Part shown: positions 47,502 through 57,347 of the stretch, piece by piece
Layout: every line of letters begins with the position of its first letter
Numbering within the stretch: the first letter of the stretch is position 1
NCBI GenBank assembly: GCA_947168855.1
Contig: CAMVNO010000002.1
Coordinates: forward strand, 79,987 to 143,986
Origin: an uncultured Clostridia bacterium
GTDB taxonomy: Bacteria; Bacillota; Clostridia; Christensenellales; CAG-138
Direction: 5' to 3'
DNA: 64,000 bases
The notes under the pieces: model-generated
Seen by the model: the letters and a program-made list of their open reading frames with translations, nothing else
Database searches by the model: none
Told to the model about the DNA's origin: nothing
Made by a program: the position numbers and the translations under genes

Positions 47502-48170
47502 TCAGTCGATCATGGACTTCAGGTTCTCCGCAACCGTGATCGGGGCGGCGGTGGCTGCCTTGACCTGGTCGACGGTGAATTCCGGGTTGATCTCGGTCAT
47601 CAGAAGTCCGTTTTCGGTGACTTCGAGGACGCACATCTCGGTGATGATCTTCTTCACACAATGCGAAGCGGTGAGCGGGAGACGGCACTTTTCGAGGATC
47701 TTCGGATTGCCCTTCGCGGTGTGCTCCATGCAGACGATGCAGTTGCGTGCGCCGACGCACAGGTCCATTGCGCCGCCCATGCCGGGCATACGCTTGCCGG
47801 GGATGATCCAGTTTGCGAGGTTGCCCTCCTGGTCAACTTCGAGCGCGCCGAGGAAGCAAGCGTCGACGTGCCCGCCGCGGATCAGACCGAAGTTCGTTGC
47901 GGAATCGATGAAGCCGCCGCCGAACGCCACGGATGCGACGTTGCCGCCCGCGTCCACGACATGGTACGGATCGTAGTTCGCGTCTTCGGGCTTCGGGGTC
48001 GCACCTGCGCCGACGATGCCGAGCTCGGCATGGATGACGAGGTCAACGCCCTCGGGAAGGAAGCCGGGGATCATGGTGGGAAGGCCGATGCCGAGGTTGA
48101 CGACGTCGCCGTCCTTCAGTTCTTTCGCGCAGCGCTTTGCGATGAAAGCTTTGATTTCGTTCTTATCCAT
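47502..48170 (-). CDS. atoA: Butyrate-acetoacetate CoA-transferase subunit B
   Basis: VNLGIGLPT, RGGHVD, GNLANW, GMGGAMDL; TAATG coupling to subunit A. Confidence 0.88.
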   Translation of the reverse strand: MDKNEIKAFIAKRCAKELKDGDVVNLGIGLPTMIPGFLPEGVDLVIHAELGIVGAGATPKPEDANYDPYHVVDAGGNVASVAFGGGFIDSATNFGLIRGGHVDACFLGALEVDQEGNLANWIIPGKRMPGMGGAMDLCVGARNCIVCMEHTAKGNPKILEKCRLPLTASHCVKKIITEMCVLEVTENGLLMTEINPEFTVDQVKAATAAPITVAENLKSMID

Positions 48171-48862
48171 TACTTTCTTTCTCCTTCCACGATGTAGTCC
48201 ACGCACATGCCGTAGGTGTGGATGTTCTCGGGCTCGATCTCGCCGACGGGAACGAGGTATTCGGTCTCGGCGATGACGACGTCCGCCGCGGTCGCCATGA
48301 CCGTGTTGAAGTTGCGCATCGTGCCCTTGTACCAGCAGTTGCCGGCTTCGTCGCACTTATAGGTGCCGAGGAGCGCAAAGTCCGCATGGATCGGCTTCAT
48401 CAGAAGGTACGGCTTGCCGTCGATCTCCTGCTTGCCGAGGCAGAGCGGGCTTTCCTCGATCAGCGTATCGACGCCGACGGGGGTGAGTACGCCGCCCAGT
48501 CCCGCGCCGCCCGCGCGGATGCACTCCGCCATGGAGCCCTGCGGGATCAGATTGACTTCCAGGGTGCCGGCGTTCATCTGTTCGCCGACCTCGGGCGTCA
48601 TGCCGACGTGCGTTGCGATCACGCGCTTGACCTGGTGGTTGTGGATGAGCTCCGCAATACCGAAGAACTCTTCACCCATCGGACCGACCGCACGACCCAT
48701 ATCGTTTGCGATCAGCGTGAGGTCCTTCGTGCCGAGCTTTACAAGCTCCTTGACGATGGCGCGCGCCTGTCCGCAGGCGAGAAAGCCGCCGCACATAACG
48801 GTTGCGCCGTCGGGAATCATTTTCGCTGCCTCAGCGGCAGTGATGACAGGTTTCTTTGCCAT
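48170..48862 (-). CDS. atoD: Butyrate-acetoacetate CoA-transferase subunit A
   Basis: MCGGF, PQGSMAECIRAGGAG, RNFNTVMATAA. Confidence 0.88.
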   Translation of the reverse strand: MAKKPVITAAEAAKMIPDGATVMCGGFLACGQARAIVKELVKLGTKDLTLIANDMGRAVGPMGEEFFGIAELIHNHQVKRVIATHVGMTPEVGEQMNAGTLEVNLIPQGSMAECIRAGGAGLGGVLTPVGVDTLIEESPLCLGKQEIDGKPYLLMKPIHADFALLGTYKCDEAGNCWYKGTMRNFNTVMATAADVVIAETEYLVPVGEIEPENIHTYGMCVDYIVEGERK

Positions 48863-48905
48863 GATTGTTCCTCCTTGTTGATTTCGGTTCTATCTTGGCG
48901 GATGA

Positions 48906-49694
48906 TTATTTCATGCCGCGTTTGACCATTTCCGTGACGACGAAGCTTGCAACGTCGTCGCCGTACGTGCCTGCGCCGAAGCCCGCGTCGAAGCCCAGCT
49001 CCTTTGCAAGCTCGTGCGTGATGCGCGGACCGCCGCAGACCACCACGAACTTGTCGCGCAGACCTTCCGCTTCGAGAAGCTCAATGAGGTTCGTAAGGTT
49101 CTGGATGTGGATATCCTTCTGCGTGACCGTCTGCGAAACCAGAAGCGCGTCCGCGTGGACCTCGAGCGCCTTTTTGATAAAGTCCTCGTTTGCGACCTGC
49201 GAGCCGAGGTTGTACGCCTCGATCATCTCGTAGCGCTCCACGCCGTAGTGCCCGGCGAAGCCCTTGCGGTTCATGATCGCGTCGATGCCGACCGTGTGCG
49301 CGTCGGTGCCGGTAGAGGCGCCGACCATGACGACCTTTCTTCCGATGTGCTCGCGGATGTAGTCGTTCGTTTCCTCCATGCTCATCACCTCGGATTCGAC
49401 GGTGATGACGTGGATGTCCTCGTAGTTGACGGTGTGCACGCAGCTGCCGTAGACCACGTAGAACGTAAACTCCTTGTCGAGCGGCGCGTGATACGTCACG
49501 TTCGGCTCGTCAAGCCCCATCTTCTTTGCGATCTGCCGCGCCGCTTCCACGCCGCGTTCGTCGTCCTTGACCGGCAGAGTAAAGCTCAGCTGCACCTTGC
49601 CGTCGTTCATCGTGTCGCCGTACGGCTTCAGCCGTGTGAGGTCGAGCGTGGTGTCGAACTCGATCTTATGCGTGTTGTATAATCCGCTGCTCAT
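48906..49694 (-). CDS. kamE: Lysine 5,6-aminomutase beta subunit (B12-binding)
   Basis: KPYGDTMNDGKVQLSFTLP; DAHTVGID (DxHxxG); PLP lysine NRKG. Confidence 0.95.
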   Translation of the reverse strand: MSSGLYNTHKIEFDTTLDLTRLKPYGDTMNDGKVQLSFTLPVKDDERGVEAARQIAKKMGLDEPNVTYHAPLDKEFTFYVVYGSCVHTVNYEDIHVITVESEVMSMEETNDYIREHIGRKVVMVGASTGTDAHTVGIDAIMNRKGFAGHYGVERYEMIEAYNLGSQVANEDFIKKALEVHADALLVSQTVTQKDIHIQNLTNLIELLEAEGLRDKFVVVCGGPRITHELAKELGFDAGFGAGTYGDDVASFVVTEMVKRGMK

Positions 49695-51253
49695 TCGTTT
49701 GCCACCTTGCCTTTCATGACCTCGATAAACGGGTTGAAGTAGTGCTCATCCTTGAGGACGACGCCATGAAGACCCTTGCCGCCGTCCTTCGGACGCTTGA
49801 CGTCCGCGAAGATGCCGCGTTCGAGCGTGGTGAACAGCCCGAGCGTTTCGATCTCCTTCAAGAGCTCCGTCGCTTTCGTCAGCACCTCGTTTGCGCGGGA
49901 GCGGATGATGCCGCCCTCCTTGAAGGTGAGTTCGCTTCCGAGGTCCTTCATCGTGCGGAAGATGTACTGCGCGTTTTCGATCGACAGCGCGCGGTCGGAC
50001 ATGAACGGCGTGTGGATCGCCTCGGTCATCATGCCGAGGAGGTGCAGCTTCTGATTCGTCAGGATCGTGACCATGTTGAACAGCGCGTCCTGGATGTGTC
50101 CGCGGAAGATATTGCCGGTCATGTACTTGGTCGGCGGCATGTACTTTAACGGCGCGTTCGGGAAGATCTCGCGCGCCATCTCTGCCTGCGCCAGCTCATA
50201 GAGGAAGGTGTTCTCGACCGCAGGGTCCATTTCGAACGCGTGACCGAGACCCATCTGCTCCTCGCGCATACCGGCGCACTTGGCGAACGCCTCGTTCAGA
50301 AACTGTGACGCAAGGACCGTGTGCGCGGAGGTGATCGCGTCGTCGGTCGTCAGGTAATTGTCCTCGCCGGTGTTGATGATGACGCCCGCGTAGCCGTTGA
50401 TGATGCGGGAAAAATACTGGTCGACGATCGTGCGCTGCATGTTGATGTCGCGGAACAGAATGCCGTACAGCGCGTCGTTCAGCATGACGTCAAGCCGCTC
50501 CAGCGCGCCCATCGCCGCGATCTCGGGCATGCACAGACCCGAGCAGTAGTTGCACAGGCGAATGTAGCGGTGCTGTTCCTCGCCGACCTCGTCCAGCGCC
50601 GCGCGCATCAGCCGGAAGTTCTCCTGCGTGGCGTAGGTGCCGCCGAAGCCCTCGGTCGTTGCGCCGTAGGGGACGTAGTCCAGAAGCGACTGACCCGTTG
50701 TGCGGATGACCGCGATGATGTCCGCGCCCTGCTTTGCGCCCGCCTTCGCCTGGATGATGTCCTCGTAGATGTTGCCGGTCGCAACGATGATGTAGAGGTA
50801 CGGACCCTGCTTGTCGCCGAAGCGCCCGAGGTATTCGTTGCGCTTTGCGACATTGGTGTTGATCCGCTCCATCGTCGCGTCGATGTACGGCTGAAGGGCT
50901 GTACGGATCTCCGCTTCGGAATGCGCCGGAAGCTTTGTAAGGTCGAGCTCGCCACGGTCGATCGCTTCCGCGACGCCCTGCGGCGTAAGCCCGGTCTCCA
51001 GGATCGCCGTGCCGAGCATCCATGCCGCGCCCATCGGGAGCAGTGCGTTTTCGGTGAGATAATCCACGACCACGTTCGGCATGGGAACGTCCATGTCGTT
51101 GACGCCGTCGATGCCCAGAAGACGGCAGACGGTGCGTTCCACCGTGACGGTCGTGTGCAGGTCGATGAAGCGCTGCACGTCCGCGGCGACGTGCGCCGCG
51201 CTTGCCCGCGCCTCATTGACCAGATCAAAGTTCAGTCCGAGTTTGCTCTCCAT
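49691..51253 (-). CDS. kamD: Lysine 5,6-aminomutase alpha subunit
   Basis: ATGNIYED, RTTGQSLLDYVP, NYCSGLCMPE, KYMPPTK. Confidence 0.95.
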   Translation of the reverse strand: MESKLGLNFDLVNEARASAAHVAADVQRFIDLHTTVTVERTVCRLLGIDGVNDMDVPMPNVVVDYLTENALLPMGAAWMLGTAILETGLTPQGVAEAIDRGELDLTKLPAHSEAEIRTALQPYIDATMERINTNVAKRNEYLGRFGDKQGPYLYIIVATGNIYEDIIQAKAGAKQGADIIAVIRTTGQSLLDYVPYGATTEGFGGTYATQENFRLMRAALDEVGEEQHRYIRLCNYCSGLCMPEIAAMGALERLDVMLNDALYGILFRDINMQRTIVDQYFSRIINGYAGVIINTGEDNYLTTDDAITSAHTVLASQFLNEAFAKCAGMREEQMGLGHAFEMDPAVENTFLYELAQAEMAREIFPNAPLKYMPPTKYMTGNIFRGHIQDALFNMVTILTNQKLHLLGMMTEAIHTPFMSDRALSIENAQYIFRTMKDLGSELTFKEGGIIRSRANEVLTKATELLKEIETLGLFTTLERGIFADVKRPKDGGKGLHGVVLKDEHYFNPFIEVMKGKVANE

Positions 51254-51262
51254 AGGCGGTCC

Positions 51263-52513
51263 TCAGTGCTTGACGTGCCGCTCGTTGCGGAGAAGCTTGG
51301 TCGGCTCCAGATAGTGCTGCTTCGTGCCTTCGGCAACGTACGCAACGCCGGTCTTCTCGACCTTGCGCTTGCCCGTGCAGACGTCGCAGTGGCAGTTCTG
51401 CACGTAATGCTCCGGCTCGGTGTAGGACGTGATGACGCCCTCGAAGTTTCTCAGGATGACCTTTCTCGGCGTCTGCGAAATGAGATACGTCGGCATGACG
51501 GGCGTCTTGCCGCCGCCGCCCGGCGCGTCGACGACAAACGTCGGGATGCAGTAGCCGGAGGTGTGTCCGCGCAGCGCTTCCATGATCTCAATGCCCTTCG
51601 ATACCGGCGTACGGAAGTGCGAAAGTCCGAGGGACGGGTCGCAGGCGTAGATGTAGTACGGACGCACGCGCATCTTGACGAGCCCGTGCACGAGCTCCAT
51701 CATGACGTGGCTGCAGTCGTTGATGCCGGCCAGAAGCACGCTCTGGTTGCCCAGCGGAATGCCCGCGTCCGCGAGCATGGCGCACGCCTTTGCGGCTTCG
51801 GGCGTGAATTCCTTCGGCGTGTTGAAGTGCGTGTTGAGCCAGATGGGATGGTACTTTTTGAGCATGCTGCACAGCTCGGGCGTGATGCGCTGCGGGCATA
51901 CGACCGGCGTGCGCGAGCCGAGACGGATGATCTCGACGTGCGGGATCGCGCGGAGCCTCTGAATGATGCTTTCGAGCACCTTGTCGCCGACCATCAGCGC
52001 GTCGCCGCCGGAAAGAAGCACGTCGCGGACCTCGGGATGGTTTGCGACATACTCGATGCCCTTGTCGATCTGCGCTGCGGGAACGCCGCAGTCGTTCTGC
52101 CCCGCGAAGCGGCGGCGCGTGCAGTGACGGCAGTACATGGAGCACATGTCCGTGATCAAAAACAGCACGCGGTCCGGATAGCGGTGGGTAAGACCCGGGA
52201 CGGGGGAATCGGTGTCCTCGTGCAGCGGGTCGGCGTTTTCATAATCTGCGTAGTCAAGCTCCTCCGCGCGCGGGATCGCCATCTTGCGGATCGGATCGTA
52301 GGGATCGTCGAGGTCGATCAGCGAGAGATAGTACGGCGTGATCGCCATGCGGAGCTTTCCGAGCGTCTTTTTGACGCCTTCCTCCTCTTCGGGGGTCAGC
52401 GTCATGACCTTCTTGAGGTCGTCCAGCGTTTCGGCGCGGTGGGCTACCTGCCAATGCCAGTCGTTCCACTGTTCTTCGGGGACGTCGGCAAATAAACCGT
52501 TGCGGGTTTTCAT
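51263..52513 (-). CDS. kamA: Lysine 2,3-aminomutase (radical SAM, PLP)
   Basis: THRYPDR, CSMYCRHC, DAPGGGGK, C-terminal CHCDVC zinc site. Confidence 0.97.
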   Translation of the reverse strand: MKTRNGLFADVPEEQWNDWHWQVAHRAETLDDLKKVMTLTPEEEEGVKKTLGKLRMAITPYYLSLIDLDDPYDPIRKMAIPRAEELDYADYENADPLHEDTDSPVPGLTHRYPDRVLFLITDMCSMYCRHCTRRRFAGQNDCGVPAAQIDKGIEYVANHPEVRDVLLSGGDALMVGDKVLESIIQRLRAIPHVEIIRLGSRTPVVCPQRITPELCSMLKKYHPIWLNTHFNTPKEFTPEAAKACAMLADAGIPLGNQSVLLAGINDCSHVMMELVHGLVKMRVRPYYIYACDPSLGLSHFRTPVSKGIEIMEALRGHTSGYCIPTFVVDAPGGGGKTPVMPTYLISQTPRKVILRNFEGVITSYTEPEHYVQNCHCDVCTGKRKVEKTGVAYVAEGTKQHYLEPTKLLRNERHVKH

Positions 52514-52613
52514 AATAGATCTCCTTTTTCAAAGTCAAGTTTCATGCAGCGAGCCGGATGGGTGCGTTGTAAACGCACGATCGTAAGCGGCAGAGGAAGA
52601 ACGGAAGGCTTCC

Positions 52614-52673
52614 AATCGTCAAATTCAGCGACATGTGCGGTGAATTTGACTCCTTTCAGTGCCCGCCGCCCGG
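52614..52673 (+). repeat. Palindromic element copy between kdd and kamA
   Basis: AATCGTCAAATTCAGCGACATGTGCGGTGAATTTGACTCCTTTCAGTGCCCGCCGCCCGG, homologous to 13240 and to the reverse complement of 17721-17781. Confidence 0.8.
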
Positions 52674-52748
52674 AAATGCATCAGCAGTTCAGGCGGGCGC
52701 TGCAAAACGGTCTGCCGAAAAACACAGTTTTTCGACAGACCGAACCAT

Positions 52749-53801
52749 TCAGCAGTATTTTTCGTCGAACAGTTTGCGGAGCTTCGCGTTCTCGCGGAGC
52801 ACGTTCAGCGTGATCTCGGCGTGGTTCTTGGTGTAGCCGTTGCCGACGATCATGGTGACGTCCTTGCCGACGCCCTCTGCGCCCAACGCCGCCTTCGTGA
52901 AGGAGGTCGCCATGGAGAAGAAGTATACGAGACCGTCGTCGCGGACCGGGAGGATCGCGCTCATCTCGCAGGATTCGATGTTGACGCAGCAGATGGAGAT
53001 GTCATATTCCTTGCCGCCGTTGACCTCGAGCGCCTTTTCGAGCACTTCGACCGGCTTCGTGCAGTCCGCCACGATGACGTCGGTGTAAACGCCGAGTTCA
53101 ATGAGAGCCGGGACCTGCTTCGGGTTCCTCACGACGCCGACGACCTTGCCGTTTTTGCCGACCTTTTTGAGCGCTTCCCAACCGCAGAGCACGCCGGACT
53201 TACCGTTTGCGCCGAGGATCAGCACGGAATCGCCTTCCTTCGGGAGCTTTCTTGCCTGCGCAGGCGCGCCTGCCACGTCGAGCGCCGCGAGCGCCAGCGC
53301 CTCGGACATGTCGTCGGGCAGCTTCGCGTAGATCGCGGACTCAAACAGCACCGCCTGACCGTCGATGTCGACGCGGTCGATGTCCTTGTGGATCGCCTTG
53401 ATGCGGTCGATCTTCAAAGGCGTCATGGACAGGGAGACGAGGGACGCGATCTTGTCGCCGACCTTGAGGTCAAAGTCCGGCTTCTTGAGGAGATCTTCGC
53501 CGATATAGGCGACCTTGCCGATGAACATGCCGCCGCTTCCGGTGACCGGATTCTGCTGCTTGCCGCGCTCCGCCACGATGCCGAGGATCATCTCGCCGAT
53601 CTTCTGCTCGTCGCCGCCGCACGCTTCTTCGATCTGCGTAAACGATGCGGAGTCGATGTTCAGGGAGATGACGTCGCAGATGATCTCGTTGCTGTAGCGC
53701 TTGGTCATGTCGTTGTCGATCTTCCATGCCGCCTGGGTCAGAACGCCCTTCGGCTCGATGACGCGGTGGGTGCCGTACTTATTGCCCTTTAACTGTTCCA
53801 T
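52749..53801 (-). CDS. kdd: L-erythro-3,5-diaminohexanoate dehydrogenase
   Basis: YGTHRVIEPKG, NIDSASF, NPVTGSGG, LDVAGAP, FFSMATSF. Confidence 0.95.
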   Translation of the reverse strand: MEQLKGNKYGTHRVIEPKGVLTQAAWKIDNDMTKRYSNEIICDVISLNIDSASFTQIEEACGGDEQKIGEMILGIVAERGKQQNPVTGSGGMFIGKVAYIGEDLLKKPDFDLKVGDKIASLVSLSMTPLKIDRIKAIHKDIDRVDIDGQAVLFESAIYAKLPDDMSEALALAALDVAGAPAQARKLPKEGDSVLILGANGKSGVLCGWEALKKVGKNGKVVGVVRNPKQVPALIELGVYTDVIVADCTKPVEVLEKALEVNGGKEYDISICCVNIESCEMSAILPVRDDGLVYFFSMATSFTKAALGAEGVGKDVTMIVGNGYTKNHAEITLNVLRENAKLRKLFDEKYC

Positions 53802-53843
53802 TGTGATTCCTCCTGAAATATATTTGATATATATTTTATTGAT

Positions 53844-54671
53844 TTACTGACGCGGGGGCATCGAAAGGATCGCTCTTGCCTCGTCGGGCGTTGCGATCTC
53901 TCTGCCGAGTTCCTTTGCAAGACGGACGACCTTTTCGACGAGCTCGCCGTTAGAAGCCGCCTTGTGACCCTTGCCGAGGTACACGTTGTCTTCAAAGCCG
54001 ACACGGACGTTGCCGCCCATGATGATGCCGGCTGCCGCCATCGTCCACGCGGATCTGCCGACGCCGGTGACCGTCCAGGTCGAGCCCGCCGGGATCTTAT
54101 TGACCAGGAACGCGAGGTTGTCGACGGTCGCGGGCGTGCAGCCGGGAACGCCGAGCACGAAATTGAACTGCATCGGCGCGCCGGGGACTTCGCCCTTCTT
54201 CGCCATGTTGAGCACGGTGTCGAGATGCCCGATCTCGAAGCATTCGTATTCGGGCTTGATGTTGTTCTCGATCATGCGCTTGCCGAACGCGCGCATCGTG
54301 GGCATCGTGTTTTCAAAGACCTCGTCGCCGAAATTGCAGGTGCCGCAGTCGAGCGTCGCCATCTCGGGGAACAATTCGGTCGGCTGCAGACGCTCTTCGG
54401 GCGTCATGCCGGTTGCGCCGCCGGTCGACGGGATCATGATGACGTCGGGAAGCTCTTTGCGGATCGCATCCATGACCACGCGGAAACGTTCGCGGTCCTG
54501 CGTGGGGGTGCCGTCGTCCTCGCGGACGTGCACATGGATGATCGCCGCGCCCGCTTCATAGGCGAGTTTCGCTTCACGGACCATCTCTTCGACGGTGTAG
54601 GGGACGGCGGGATTGTTCGCCTTGGTGACTTCGGCGCCGCAGATGGCGGCGGTGATGATCAGCTTTTCCAT
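53844..54671 (-). CDS. kce: 3-keto-5-aminohexanoate cleavage enzyme
   Basis: ITAAICGAE, HVHVR, STGGA, RVGFEDN. Confidence 0.95.
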   Translation of the reverse strand: MEKLIITAAICGAEVTKANNPAVPYTVEEMVREAKLAYEAGAAIIHVHVREDDGTPTQDRERFRVVMDAIRKELPDVIMIPSTGGATGMTPEERLQPTELFPEMATLDCGTCNFGDEVFENTMPTMRAFGKRMIENNIKPEYECFEIGHLDTVLNMAKKGEVPGAPMQFNFVLGVPGCTPATVDNLAFLVNKIPAGSTWTVTGVGRSAWTMAAAGIIMGGNVRVGFEDNVYLGKGHKAASNGELVEKVVRLAKELGREIATPDEARAILSMPPRQ

Positions 54672-54683
54672 ATCGTCCTCCGA

Positions 54684-55091
54684 TTATTTGTCCTGACTGT
54701 GATCGATGCGCTGGCAGTCCTTCGGCGTGACGCAGGTGCCGTGCGCGCGGCAGACCACGATCGGCTCGGGCAGCACTTCGGCGGCGGACGGGGAAATGTC
54801 CGGACGCGCCTGAATCACCTTGCGCGCTTCAAACGTCATTCCGCGGGAGGTGTTGCCGACGCGGTCGATCTCGCCGTACGCCTCGATGTAGTCGCCCGCG
54901 TAGACCGGCGCGAGGAACTCGATGTTGTCGTACGCGCAGAACAGACCTTCGTCGCCGTCGCACTTGATCAGAAGCTCGGTCGCAACGTCGCCGAACAGGT
55001 GCACCATATGCGCGCCGTCCACCAGGTTTCCGCCGTAGTGCGCGTCCTTCGCGCTCATGCGGAGTCGGAGCAAAGATGTCAGTTTTTCCAT
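54684..55091 (-). CDS. kal: 3-aminobutyryl-CoA ammonia lyase
   Basis: [29 protein letters not shown]; start MEKLTS after GAAGGAG. Confidence 0.93.
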   Translation of the reverse strand: MEKLTSLLRLRMSAKDAHYGGNLVDGAHMVHLFGDVATELLIKCDGDEGLFCAYDNIEFLAPVYAGDYIEAYGEIDRVGNTSRGMTFEARKVIQARPDISPSAAEVLPEPIVVCRAHGTCVTPKDCQRIDHSQDK

Positions 55092-55155
55092 GTATGATTC
55101 TCCTTCACATTGATTTGCAGATAGATGGGGATCGAACGCCCGGAGCCGATTGCAT

Positions 55156-55196
55156 AAAAAGGGCGCTGTCGGTCGAGGTTCGACCAATAGCGCTCC
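55156..55196 (-). terminator. Riboswitch-controlled intrinsic terminator
   Basis: GCGCUAUUGGUCGA-ACC-UCGACCGACAGCGC-CC-UUUUU. Confidence 0.8.
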
Positions 55197-55351
55197 ATGC
55201 TCTTTGAACATGACAGCACGGCCGCTTGCACGGCGATGCCAGAAACCGGATCCGGCGCATCCGATCTCTTCGGCGAACGACCCCTTTCCCGCACGAAACC
55301 GCCGGCTGCCGAGCCGATCGGACGGGTACCCTGTCATTCGCACCTCTATTG
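55185..55351 (-). ncRNA. Lysine riboswitch (L-box) aptamer
   Basis: CAAUAG-AGGUGCG...GAAAGGGG...CGCCGAAG...UGG...CUGUC...GGAGCG-CUAUUG; P1 CAAUAG/CUAUUG; lies upstream of lysine catabolic genes. Confidence 0.9.
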
Positions 55352-55377
55352 AAGACTCTATGAAATTCCGTAAGAAA

Positions 55378-55407
55378 ATTATACCCGATTTTTGCGGTCG
55401 TTGTCAA
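55378..55407 (-). promoter_or_regulatory. sigmaA promoter of the kal operon
   Basis: TTGACA-N18-TATAAT on the minus strand, about 25 nt before the aptamer. Confidence 0.85.
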
Positions 55408-55444
55408 GAATATTCCTATTGAAATAAACAGTAATGCGAAAATG

Positions 55445-55888
55445 TCAACGGGAAACGGCATTCTGCCGCGTAACATAGATATGCGCGATTGCGAACAGGA
55501 TCGCAAAGCCGGCAAGCAGCCAGTGCCTGAGGAGCAGTCCGCTCAGCAGAAAGATGCATGCGGGAATAATGGCAAGCGAAAGCGCAAGCCCGGCATTTTT
55601 CACTTTCAGATACCGCGCAAACAGAACCCAGTATGCGGTGAGCAGTGAACCGTTTCCGAAAAGATAAAGCACCATAGCGAAAACACTTGCAAAGCCGAAT
55701 TTCCAAACGAGCAGAGGCAGCCACATCAGAACGATGCAGGCGTACCGTCCGATCTGCTCCAATACATCCATCAGCCGGTTTGTGCAGCAGTTCTTTTCAT
55801 TCCGGTTCTTTATCGCATAAACGATATTGGGTATGATCAGCAGGATGACGATGATCACGCCGAAAAGGTTGATCCAGCCGAATCTCAT
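55445..55888 (-). CDS. Hypothetical membrane protein
   Basis: 147 aa, about 5 hydrophobic segments, starts 1 nt after the kamC stop. Confidence 0.6.
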   Translation of the reverse strand: MRFGWINLFGVIIVILLIIPNIVYAIKNRNEKNCCTNRLMDVLEQIGRYACIVLMWLPLLVWKFGFASVFAMVLYLFGNGSLLTAYWVLFARYLKVKNAGLALSLAIIPACIFLLSGLLLRHWLLAGFAILFAIAHIYVTRQNAVSR

Positions 55889-55889
55889 A

Positions 55890-57347
55890 TCAATACGCCC
55901 GCTCGATGCGCTCTAAAATTTCCGGCTTCAGCGACAGCATGCGGCAGATGTTCAACGCATCCTTCGGACAGTCCGCTTTGCCTTCGACGCGGTAGAGCCC
56001 GTAATTCATGTGCCGCGCAATGACCGCAACGCCGTCCTCGTGCGCGGCGGCAAGCTCGGCTTTGATCCTGCCGGGATCGACGTCCCGGAGTCCGATGATC
56101 TGATAATGGATGCGGGCGTTTTCGGCAACGCCGTCGTAATGCGTCGCAAGGATCGAGATCGCGTTGACGCCGTTCAGATACCGCGTCACCGCCTGAACGA
56201 TCACCGCGCCCTCGTCGGGGTTCGTGCCGCGCGCGAGCTCGTCGATGAGGAACAGCGAATAGCCTTGCTCCACCTCCGAAAGCGCTTCGTTGAACCGCAC
56301 GATCTCCGAACCGAAGCCGGATAGTCCCGACTGCATCGACTGCGCGTCGTCAAACAGCATTCTGACGCTTTCGAGCATCGGGATCCGCGCCGCCTTTGCG
56401 CAGACGAGGAACCCCGCGTGCATGAGCAGCACGTTCAGCGCAAGCGTTTTCATCGCGACGCTCTTGCCGCCCATGTTCGCGCCGGTGATGACCGTCGCGC
56501 CGCGATCGGTCGCGATCGAAACGGGCACGAAGGCGCGTCCCTTCGCCTTCAGAAGATCGCAAAGCTCCGGGTTGACCATGTCGGTAAGCTCCAACGCGGT
56601 CTCCGTGATCTCGGGACGCACGCCGCCGTATTGTTTTGCAAACAGCGCCTTCTGAATGAGAAAATCCAGCCGTCCCGCGGCGTCCGCGTCCTTCTGCATG
56701 GCGGGGACATGGGGGAGGAGCGAAAGGCACATCGCCTTGCGGATATGGCGCTCCTCGGTCTCTTCCTCGGCGCAGACGCGCGCGCGTTCGGTCCGGATCG
56801 GATCCTTTTCCGCGTCCGGGACCTCGTAGAGCTGCTTTTCGAGACGCTTCTTTTCCGCGCGGATCGCGCGAAGCTCCTCGCTTGCGCCGTCCGGGATATA
56901 GAACCCGCGGGAGCGCGTGCGCTCCGGGTCGAGCACATCGAGCGCTTCCGAAGGATCGGAAAAAGCGATCCCCTCGGCGCGGACCGTTTCATTCATGGAC
57001 GCAAAGAGCGGCAGAAGGTCCGAGATCCGCATGAGGAATCCCTTGAGCTCAAACAGCTCCACATGATCGAGCACCGCGCCTTCCGAAAGTCTCGTGACGG
57101 AGCCGCGGATATCCTTGAGCTGACACAGCACGAGCATGATCTGCTCGTACAGCGGACCGAGCCGGTCCGCCGCTTCTGCCGCGCGTTCCGTATTGTCGAG
57201 CTCCGTTTCCAAGGCGGCGCGTTCATCCGGCGCAAAGAATCGCAGCTTCCGTACGCGCTCCTGCCCGAACGGACTGCACGGATGCAGGCTTTCCGTCACA
57301 TATTGAAGACCGATCTTTCCCTGATCGTCAAAGCCGATCGAGATCAT
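55890..57347 (-). CDS. kamC: MutS-domain-V ATPase, KamC-like (lysine 5,6-aminomutase reactivase subunit)
   Basis: ITGANMGGKS, GLSGFGSE, IDELARGTNP, ATHY; no mismatch-binding N-domain; kam context. Confidence 0.8.
   Translation of the reverse strand: MISIGFDDQGKIGLQYVTESLHPCSPFGQERVRKLRFFAPDERAALETELDNTERAAEAADRLGPLYEQIMLVLCQLKDIRGSVTRLSEGAVLDHVELFELKGFLMRISDLLPLFASMNETVRAEGIAFSDPSEALDVLDPERTRSRGFYIPDGASEELRAIRAEKKRLEKQLYEVPDAEKDPIRTERARVCAEEETEERHIRKAMCLSLLPHVPAMQKDADAAGRLDFLIQKALFAKQYGGVRPEITETALELTDMVNPELCDLLKAKGRAFVPVSIATDRGATVITGANMGGKSVAMKTLALNVLLMHAGFLVCAKAARIPMLESVRMLFDDAQSMQSGLSGFGSEIVRFNEALSEVEQGYSLFLIDELARGTNPDEGAVIVQAVTRYLNGVNAISILATHYDGVAENARIHYQIIGLRDVDPGRIKAELAAAHEDGVAVIARHMNYGLYRVEGKADCPKDALNICRMLSLKPEILERIERAY

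Noticed and set aside
50321-52495. Long antisense ORFs (724 aa here; also 22016-23779, 10014-11759, 61844-63574, 15344-16723)
   Set aside because: They shadow well-supported genes on the opposite strand, have no recognisable motifs, and are expected with GC-rich codon bias
54684-55343. Extended 219-aa version of kal from the ORF track
   Set aside because: The extension runs through the riboswitch; the start at 55091 has a good RBS and gives the typical Kal length
55890-57347. Mismatch-repair MutS or MutS2
   Set aside because: Lacks mismatch-binding and Smr domains; coupling to kamB identifies it as KamC-like
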